DNA of 64,000 nt from an uncultured Acidimicrobiia bacterium (GTDB lineage: Bacteria > Actinomycetota > Acidimicrobiia > Spongiisociales > UBA5794), in NCBI GenBank assembly GCA_963792405.1, contig CAWBVU010000005.1:113472-177471 (forward strand). The letters run 5' to 3'. Every line of letters starts with the position of its first letter. The stretch's first letter is position 1. The position numbers were made by a program, and so were the translations under genes. This document shows positions 57,302 to 64,000 of the stretch, one piece after another. The notes beneath the pieces are model-generated. The model did not search any database and was not told the origin of the DNA. It saw only the letters and a program-made list of their open reading frames with translations.

Positions 57302-58093
57302 ATGGGACTTGCACACGGGATCCATGGGTGGAGCGATGTGGCCGTGCCCGACGTGGAGGCCGGCAGGGCCTTCTACTCGGGACTCTTCGGATGGGATGCA
57401 TCCGAAGGCGGCGGCGATGCGATGCCCTACACGATGTTCACCCTCGACGGGCAGGTGGTCGCCGGCATGGGCGGACTCAGCCCCGAGCAGGCCGCGACGG
57501 GTCAGCCCCCCGTATGGACCGCCTACGTGATCGTCGACAGCGTCGACGATGTGTTCGCCAGGGCCGTCGAGCTGGGTGCGAAGCCGCTCATGGAGCCCAC
57601 TCAGATCATGGATGCCGGGAGGATGTGCTTCATCCTCGACCCCGTGGGCGCCGCCATCGGCTTCTGGGAACCGGGTACGCACGGGGGTGCCGACGTCTTC
57701 AACCTCCCCGGCACGATCACGTGGAACGATCTCGGCTGCCGGGATGTCGAGGCGGCCAAGTCCTTCTACCGGGAACTGCTCGGGTGGGAGGCGGCGCCGA
57801 CCGACATGGGAGGCGGCGCGACGTACTGGACGTTCACGAATTCCGGCAGGGCCAACGGAGGCGTGTGGGACATCACCGGATCGATGCCGGATGACGTTCC
57901 TGCCCACTGGCTGAACTGGTTCAGGGTCGCCGATTGCGCTGCCACGGCGGCCCGGGCCGTCGAACTCGGCGGGTCGATCGAGCGCGAGCCCTCCGAGACC
58001 GGCATCGGGGTGATGAGTGTCGTGTCGGATCCCTTCGGTGCCGTGTTCGCCATCATCGAGACGGACCAGGTCGACGGGCAACCCCCGCGCTGA
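57302..58093 (+). CDS. VOC (glyoxalase/bleomycin-resistance fold) family protein, tandem domains
   Basis: 263 aa from ATG 57302. Two repeats of the W.D..V.D.E....FY..L.GW pattern. The upstream ORF part is antisense to the Ldt gene. Confidence 0.8.
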   Translation: MGLAHGIHGWSDVAVPDVEAGRAFYSGLFGWDASEGGGDAMPYTMFTLDGQVVAGMGGLSPEQAATGQPPVWTAYVIVDSVDDVFARAVELGAKPLMEPTQIMDAGRMCFILDPVGAAIGFWEPGTHGGADVFNLPGTITWNDLGCRDVEAAKSFYRELLGWEAAPTDMGGGATYWTFTNSGRANGGVWDITGSMPDDVPAHWLNWFRVADCAATAARAVELGGSIEREPSETGIGVMSVVSDPFGAVFAIIETDQVDGQPPR

Positions 58094-58147
58094 CCCCCTG
58101 CCCCCGCGAGCGATGGCAGGAGGACCCTGCCGGGTCACGATGTGGGG

Positions 58148-58576
58148 TCATTCACCGCGTCGCTCGAGTTCCCTGCGCAGTGCGTCGCTCGAGTACTGGA
58201 CGAGGCCCACGTCCCAGTCGCGAGGTCCGACGGGGAGATCGGCCTGCTCGGACAGGGCGTCGACCACGTGGTCCCGCAAGGTGCGCGCCCATGCCCTCCC
58301 CTTGGCGCTCGTGAGGAGGGTGACGGTGCCATCCCCGTTCACGCGGAGCAGCCGGGCCTCGACCTGCGGATTCGCTCGGGAGCCCCGCTCGCCGTAGGTC
58401 AGGACGATCGAGCCCACCGGCACGTCCTGGATGCCACCCGTGGCGATGAAATCCCCCTCGAATGCCCACCCTGACGCGAGCGACTCGTCCACGTTCGTGA
58501 CGACCTTCGCCCAGTTCTTCCTGCGTTCGTCGCCGACGAGCGGCACTTCGATGGGAACGAGCAGCGGTTCGTCCAT
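58148..58576 (-). CDS. hypothetical protein
   Basis: 142 aa from ATG 58576 (MDEPLLVPIEV...). The rest of ORF 58148..59473 is antisense to the kinase-like gene. No family recognised. Confidence 0.45.
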   Translation of the reverse strand: MDEPLLVPIEVPLVGDERRKNWAKVVTNVDESLASGWAFEGDFIATGGIQDVPVGSIVLTYGERGSRANPQVEARLLRVNGDGTVTLLTSAKGRAWARTLRDHVVDALSEQADLPVGPRDWDVGLVQYSSDALRRELERRGE

Positions 58577-58712
58577 GCGACCAGCGTACCGCGCACCTGT
58601 CACGTCCTCCGAGAGGCCCGGGGTTTCGGCGCACTGACTAGTGCGTCCATGACGCTCGAAAACCCCCTGCGGGCGCTGCAGGGACATGCCGATGGAGGTG
58701 GGAAGGACGCAC

Positions 58713-59732
58713 ATGCAGAGCCGCCGCACCACACCACCATCGTTCGTGATCTTTGCGCTCGCCGCAGGACTGCTGTTCGTCCTCGGTGGGATCGTCACCG
58801 CGGCGTCGCCGAGCGCCCGCGCCCTGTGGATCGCCAGCGCCGTGGCATTCGTCGGCGTCGGCACGTACACGATGGTGCTCCTCGTGCGCTCCAACCGGCT
58901 CGTCGAGGAGCTGGACGAGGTCGAGTCCGAGCTCGCCGCTTCCCGCACCGCGGACACCGGCCTGCGCGTACGGATGGCCCACACGTTGCGGGACCCGCTC
59001 ACATCGATCGTCGGATTGACCGACCGCATGCTCAACGACAGCGGCATCACTGCGCAAGAGAGGAGCGCGATGCTGCGGGAGATGCGGAGCGGGGCGCGCG
59101 AGGTCGAGGCAGTGCTCGCCGACCTCGCGGCCGATGAGGCGAGCGGGGACAGCCCTTCGTCGATGAAGGGGGTCGTGCTGCTCGACGAGGAACTCGCATC
59201 CATCGTGGCGATGACCCGTGGGTCCACGGTGTTCCGAGCCGACCTCGCGCCTGCCCGCGCATGGGGTGACTCAGCAACGGTCAGGCAGATCCTTCGGACC
59301 ATCGTCGCCACGGCAGTGTCGTCCGATTCCGAGGAGGTCGACGTCACGACCGAGCAGAGATCCGGCCTCGCCGTGGCGACGTTGTCGTGCAGGAACGACC
59401 TCCTGCCTCCCGCAGCCGTCGCAGCCCTCACCGGGAACGTCGAGAGGTCGGACGCGCTCGACGCCCGTTTCATCGCTCTCAGGGAGGCACGCGATGCGGC
59501 GGCCCGGATGGGTGGTTCGATCGGCTACGCGCAGGCCCTGGGTCGCAGCCACATCATCGCCGAGTTCGAGGCTGTGGACGCCCATGAGGTCGGTTTGCGG
59601 CCAACGACGTCACGCACCAGGGTCGCGGTGGGCGCACCGTCGCCGGCGCCCGAGCGCGATCCCAACCTCTCGTTCGCCATGGCCGTGGGCATGCGGCCCG
59701 AGCGGCCGACGTCAGCGATCCGGTTCGGCTGA
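58713..59732 (+). CDS. membrane-bound histidine-kinase-like protein with degenerate ATPase domain
   Basis: ATG 58713 preceded by GGAAGGA. 2 TM, H-box MAHTLRDPLTSIVGL. I could not find canonical N, G1 or G2 boxes downstream. No response regulator nearby. Confidence 0.6.
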   Translation: MQSRRTTPPSFVIFALAAGLLFVLGGIVTAASPSARALWIASAVAFVGVGTYTMVLLVRSNRLVEELDEVESELAASRTADTGLRVRMAHTLRDPLTSIVGLTDRMLNDSGITAQERSAMLREMRSGAREVEAVLADLAADEASGDSPSSMKGVVLLDEELASIVAMTRGSTVFRADLAPARAWGDSATVRQILRTIVATAVSSDSEEVDVTTEQRSGLAVATLSCRNDLLPPAAVAALTGNVERSDALDARFIALREARDAAARMGGSIGYAQALGRSHIIAEFEAVDAHEVGLRPTTSRTRVAVGAPSPAPERDPNLSFAMAVGMRPERPTSAIRFG

Positions 59733-59758
59733 GCCTTGGACCGTCGGGCCATGTCGGG

Positions 59759-60193
59759 TCATGCGCGGTGGAGGCGCCGCTCGAGGGGACCGTTCCTCCT
59801 CGTGACGAACCGCATCCCGTGGAGGATCACGGCGATTCCCCAGGCTGCGGCCACATAGAAGAACCACCATCCTCCCCCACCGGCGGCGTCGACCGCGGCG
59901 AGCATCGTGATCACGATCACGAACGCCATGACGTGGCGAAGGAACCGCATCCGTCGCCGCACCGCCTTGCGCGTCTGCCTGGCTTCGGTGCGGCGCCTCC
60001 ACGCGAGCTCGTCGATGGCCCGGTCGATCGCCGATGGTGGGATGTCGAGCTCCGCCGCGATGCGGTGGAGGTCCGCACGGTCGAGGTCGAACGCATCAGC
60101 GTTCCCATCGTCGGCGAGGGACGCTGCGAGGTCGATGATGTCCGCGGTCTCCCCACGGTCATAGCGACGTGAGTCCTGCCGTACGCGATCCAT
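59759..60193 (-). CDS. 2TM domain-containing protein
   Basis: Last 144 aa of ORF 59759..61822, from ATG 60193. RFLRHVMAFVIVITMLAAVDAAGGGGWWFFYVAAAWGIAVILHG matches the 2TM pattern. Confidence 0.6.
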   Translation of the reverse strand: MDRVRQDSRRYDRGETADIIDLAASLADDGNADAFDLDRADLHRIAAELDIPPSAIDRAIDELAWRRRTEARQTRKAVRRRMRFLRHVMAFVIVITMLAAVDAAGGGGWWFFYVAAAWGIAVILHGMRFVTRRNGPLERRLHRA

Positions 60194-60307
60194 GGTGCAA
60201 AGGGTAGTGCGGCGTGTCGGACGCCGGTGGGACGGCGTTGCCCGGGAGTACCGCATCCCGGTAGGTTGTGCGGCACGCACGGGATCGACCTTCAGGAGGG
60301 ACCCACC

Positions 60308-61063
60308 ATGTGCTTCGACGTCGACTCCTCGCCACCCGTCCGCGCCATCGCGGGTGGATCCGTCACGCACGAGGCACTCGTGCTCACGGCCACGGATGGC
60401 AATCGACTCTCCTCTTTCGAAGCGACGACGGGGAGCGAGGCCGCGGTGGTGATCCTGCCCGACGTACGGGGCCTGTATCGCTTCTACGAGGAGCTGGCGT
60501 TGCGGTTCGCCGAGCATGGTGTCGACGCGATCGCCATCGACTACTTCGGCCGCACCGCGGGTACCGGCACGCGGGCGGCGGATTGGGACTACATGCCGGA
60601 GGTCAGGGCGACGACGATCGACGGCGTCACCATGGACGTCACCGCCGCGGTCGACCATATGCGGAGCAGTGATCCCGATCGCAAGGTGTTCGTCGTGGGC
60701 TTCTGCTTCGGAGGCTCGAATGCATGGCACATGGCGGCATCGGATCTGGGCATCGCAGGGGCCATCGGCTTCTACGGGAACCCGAGCCGCCCTGACGTCC
60801 CCACGGGCGCCCCGTCGGTGATGGCGAGGGTACCGAAGTTCTCCTGCCCCATCCTCGCCCTCCAAGCGGGCGACGACCTCGGGATACCCGTCGACGTGGA
60901 CGACAGGTTCGCGGCGCTGATGAAGGCGGAGGGCAAGGACGGCGAGGTCGTCATCTACGAGCACGCACCACATTCGTTCTTCGACCGGAAGCAGGACGAA
61001 TTCGGGGAGGAGTCCGCAGACGCGTGGCGGCGGGTGCTCGCGTTCATCGGCGCCCACGGGTGA
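60308..61063 (+). CDS. dienelactone hydrolase family protein
   Basis: 251 aa from ATG 60308. VVILPDVRGLYRFYEELALRFAEHGVDAIAIDYFGR and the GFCFGG nucleophile elbow. Confidence 0.85.
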   Translation: MCFDVDSSPPVRAIAGGSVTHEALVLTATDGNRLSSFEATTGSEAAVVILPDVRGLYRFYEELALRFAEHGVDAIAIDYFGRTAGTGTRAADWDYMPEVRATTIDGVTMDVTAAVDHMRSSDPDRKVFVVGFCFGGSNAWHMAASDLGIAGAIGFYGNPSRPDVPTGAPSVMARVPKFSCPILALQAGDDLGIPVDVDDRFAALMKAEGKDGEVVIYEHAPHSFFDRKQDEFGEESADAWRRVLAFIGAHG

Positions 61064-61117
61064 TCCGTGCCCGCGCCGACGGCGCGCTCGCGGGCTGTCA
61101 CGCCTAGCCTGCGCCGC

Positions 61118-62452
61118 ATGCACGACGACATCCGCACCGCCGTCCACGCCGATCTGCCTCGCACGATGGAGGAGCTGGAGCGGATGATCCGCGTCCCATC
61201 GGTGAGTGCGCCCGGCTACGACCCGATGGCGGTGCGTGCCTCCGCAGAGCTCGTCGCGGAGCTCATGACGGGCTCTGGGCTCCAGGGCGTGCGCCTGCTC
61301 GAGCTCGATGGTGCCCACCCCGCGGTCTACGGCGAGCGGCGCGGTCCCGAGGGTGCGCCCGTTCTCCTGCTCTACGCCCACCACGATGTCCAACCGCCCG
61401 GTCCCCCATCGGAATGGGACGTCGACCCATTCGAGCCCTCCATCGTCGGTGGACGCCTCTTCGGGCGCGGATCCGCAGACGACAAGTGCGGCATCGCGAT
61501 GCATCTTGCCTCGATCCGCGCATTCGGAGCGGATCTGCCGGTCACGGTGAAAGTGTTCGTGGAGGGTGAGGAGGAGGTCGGCTCTCGACATCTGGTCGAC
61601 TTCCTCGACACCTACGCCGACCTGCTGTCTGCCGACGCGATCGTCATCGGCGATGCCGGCAACTGGTCGCCCGGAGTGCCCGGCCTCACGACCTCCCTGC
61701 GCGGGCTCGTCGACTGCATCGTGACCGTCCGCACGCTGCGATACGCCGTGCACAGTGGGAGCTTCGGGGGAGCGTATCCCGATGCCATCACCGCCCTTGC
61801 TCGCATCCTCTCCCAGCTGCACGCAGACGACGGCAGCGTCGCCGTTCCCGGGCTCCTCAGCGCCGAGGTCGACGGACCCGAGGTCACCGAGGAGGACCTC
61901 GCGAGCCAGGCACTCCCGATCGAAGGCGTGGCCCTGATCGGGAAGGGGTCACTGTCCTCGAGGCTCTGGCGCCAGCCCTCGATCTCGGTCCTCGCCATCG
62001 AGGCCGTTCCCATCGCTGAGGCCATCAACCAGATCGTGCCCGAGGCTCGGGCCAAGGTGAGCATGCGATTGGCGCCGGGCCAGGACGCCAACCGGGCGAT
62101 GGAGGCCCTCGTCGCCCACATCGAGGGCGCGGCCCCCTGGGGGGTGCAGGTCTCCATCGAGGACGGAGGTGTCGGGGAGGCCTTCGAACTCGACACGGCC
62201 GGCCGGACGTACGATGCATATCGCTCCGGGATGCGCGTGGGGTACGGTCGCGACGCCGTCGAGATGGGGATGGGTGGGTCGATTCCGTTCGTCGCGGCGT
62301 TCGCCGAGAGGTATCCCGACGCCGAAGTCCTCTTGGTCGGCGTGTCCGACCCCACGAGCCGATACCACGGGCCGAACGAGAGCGTCGAGATCGCAGACCT
62401 CGAGTCCTCGATCGTCGCCCAGGCCGTCGCGTTCCGCGAGCTCGGGACGTAG
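61118..62452 (+). CDS. M20 family dipeptidase
   Basis: 444 aa from ATG 61118. LLYAHHDVQP, GRGSADDKCG and EGEEEVGS motifs. Confidence 0.9.
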   Translation: MHDDIRTAVHADLPRTMEELERMIRVPSVSAPGYDPMAVRASAELVAELMTGSGLQGVRLLELDGAHPAVYGERRGPEGAPVLLLYAHHDVQPPGPPSEWDVDPFEPSIVGGRLFGRGSADDKCGIAMHLASIRAFGADLPVTVKVFVEGEEEVGSRHLVDFLDTYADLLSADAIVIGDAGNWSPGVPGLTTSLRGLVDCIVTVRTLRYAVHSGSFGGAYPDAITALARILSQLHADDGSVAVPGLLSAEVDGPEVTEEDLASQALPIEGVALIGKGSLSSRLWRQPSISVLAIEAVPIAEAINQIVPEARAKVSMRLAPGQDANRAMEALVAHIEGAAPWGVQVSIEDGGVGEAFELDTAGRTYDAYRSGMRVGYGRDAVEMGMGGSIPFVAAFAERYPDAEVLLVGVSDPTSRYHGPNESVEIADLESSIVAQAVAFRELGT

Positions 62453-62477
62453 CGGGCCACACCGGTACCGTTCCGGG

Positions 62478-63522
62478 ATGCACAGATCCACGGCCCTGCT
62501 CGTCGCGATCGTCACGATCGTCGTGGTGGTGGCCCTCGTCCTGCGCAACGGCGATGGCGGCCCGGGTGAGGACGCGGCGGTGCCCTCGCCCACCACGACC
62601 TCGGCACCCTGACGTGGGCGACCCGGACACCTCGACGACCGCGACGTCCCCGACGGCCCCCTCGTCGACCGTCCCCACGACGAGCACGACCTCACCGATG
62701 CAGGAGCTACCGCCCGGCGTCGAGGCGTGCGACGTGTATGGGTCCGTCACCACCACCGGACAGATCGTGTCGGGCGAGCTCGTCGAGGCCTCCGGCCTCG
62801 CCGCGAGCCGAACGACGTCGGGCGTCCTCTGGTCGCACAACGACTCGCGGGGTGGCCCTGCCCTGTTCGCCTTCGATGTGAACGGCGCCGACCTCGGAGC
62901 CCACGTGATCCCCGATGCCTTCGCCCTCGACTGGGAGGACATCGCGGCCGGACCGGGGCCGGACGGCACGGGGGCCTTCCTGTACGTCGGGGACACCGGT
63001 GACAACTTCGGGATCCGCGATGGTGTCGTCAACCTGTGGAGGGTGCCTGATCAGGACCCTGCGACGATCGGGGGGACCTTCGGCGAGGCGGCTGCGATCG
63101 TGCTCCAGATGCCGGATGGCCCCCATGACGCGGAGGGTCTGTTCATCGACCCGATCGATCCTGCCGTGTACCTCGTCACGAAGTCTCGCGACGCGACCTT
63201 CGTGTTCCGAGGCCCCCTCACCCCCGGTACGGAACCGCAACCGATGGATCTGGTCGCCACGTTGTTCCTCGACGCCGAGGTCACAGGGGCGGACATCACA
63301 GCGGACGGATCGACGATCGCGATGCGCGGCTACGAGACCGTCTGGATGTGGGAGCGAGGCGCGGGCCAGGACATCGCGGGGGTCCTTGCCGCGCAGCCGT
63401 GTGAGGCCCCCTCCCCGGATGAGGTCCAGGGGGAGTCGATCGCCTTCGAAAGTGGCCGCTCCTACGTCACGGTCAGCGAAGGGGAGTTCCCCCCGATCCA
63501 CTACGTCGCGTCGGACCGGTAG
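62478..63522 (+). pseudogene. membrane-anchored secreted protein, apparent frameshift near 62590-62615
   Basis: ATG 62478 gives MHRSTALLVAIVTIVVVVALVLRNGDGGPGEDAAVPSPTTTSAP, then a stop at 62610-62612. The adjacent frame continues with DVGDPDTSTTATSPTAPSSTVPTTSTTSP and a 270-aa globular domain ending at 63522. Confidence 0.5.
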
Positions 63523-63635
63523 CCCCTTCGGTCGCACGCGGCGACTGATCTCGAACCGCGTGACGGCCGACACCACCACGCGACACCGTCCATGCAGCGG
63601 GGACGCAGGAGTGCCTCCGGCGACGGCGCGAGCGT

Positions 63636-64000
63636 TCAGCGTGGGATGCGAGTGCGCTTGAACTCGTTCAGGTTCGACCAGCCGAGCATGTCGACGACCC
63701 GATCGAGGTCCTCCCTGCGATGGCGTTCCATGAAGCGAACGAACACGGCCTCACCACCGCTGATGAAGGTCGGCACGCCGAACACGCCGAAGTCCTCCAC
63801 GAGCCCGGTGTGCTCTCGGGCGAGGGTTGCGGACGGGGTGCCCATCGCCACGTGCGCGGCGATGGCCTCCGGATCGAGGCCGGCATCGGTGGCCGTGGCG
63901 GCGAGGACCTCGGGATCGTTGAGGTCCGCGCCGTCGTCGTGGCGTGCGGAGAAGAGCCCCATGTGGAAGGCGATGAACGCATCCGGCATGTGGTCGCGGA
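63636..64000 (-). CDS. DsbA-like thioredoxin-fold protein (partial, N-terminus beyond window end)
   Basis: C-terminal 117+ aa with FGVFGVPTFISGGEAVFVRF, typical of the DsbA/FrnE-like family. The frame stays open to the window edge. Confidence 0.75.
   Translation of the reverse strand, partial: RDHMPDAFIAFHMGLFSARHDDGADLNDPEVLAATATDAGLDPEAIAAHVAMGTPSATLAREHTGLVEDFGVFGVPTFISGGEAVFVRFMERHRREDLDRVVDMLGWSNLNEFKRTRIPR

Noticed and set aside
60194-61822. N-terminal 540 aa of the 687-aa minus-strand ORF 59759..61822
   Set aside because: It is antisense to the dienelactone hydrolase and M20 dipeptidase genes and is compositionally non-protein-like. Only the last 144 aa (2TM domain, ATG 60193) were kept.

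Overview
High-GC window that looks Actinomycetota-like (F420-type DDN and LLM enzymes, SoxR, DsbA-like thiol oxidoreductase). It is densely coding, with about 65 genes, and reads as core chromosome rather than a mobile island. I recognised no rRNA, tRNA, CRISPR array, transposase, integrase or phage genes. Main blocks: (i) typA, gdh and recQ housekeeping genes. (ii) A complete hoxEFUYH-hoxW operon for a group 3d-type NAD-linked bidirectional [NiFe] hydrogenase, with an AT-rich perfect palindrome over its putative promoter. (iii) A DUF3160 and CapA lipoprotein gene pair, plus a class III cyclase-STAND-TPR signalling protein. (iv) Assorted metabolism genes: tam, acyl-CoA dehydrogenase, malic enzyme, M13 peptidase, CFA-synthase-like methyltransferase, and F420-type enzymes. 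(v) soxR-rarD. (vi) The most unusual part, a divergon at about 35.2-47.4 kb bracketed by two paralogous small wHTH regulators. On one side is a USP / USP-CBS / divergent IF-1-like / HisA-like operon (catalytic Asp replaced by Asn) containing a 393-nt structured non-coding gap. On the other side is a Kef-type CPA2 antiporter plus an Mrp antiporter with gene order ABCDF and a fused G-E subunit. (vii) Three ABC exporter systems, two DMT transporters, an L,D-transpeptidase and several peptidases or hydrolases. Three genes for membrane-anchored or secreted proteins look frameshifted at short G/C runs. This may reflect assembly indels rather than biology. All family calls are made by eye from motifs, with no database search.
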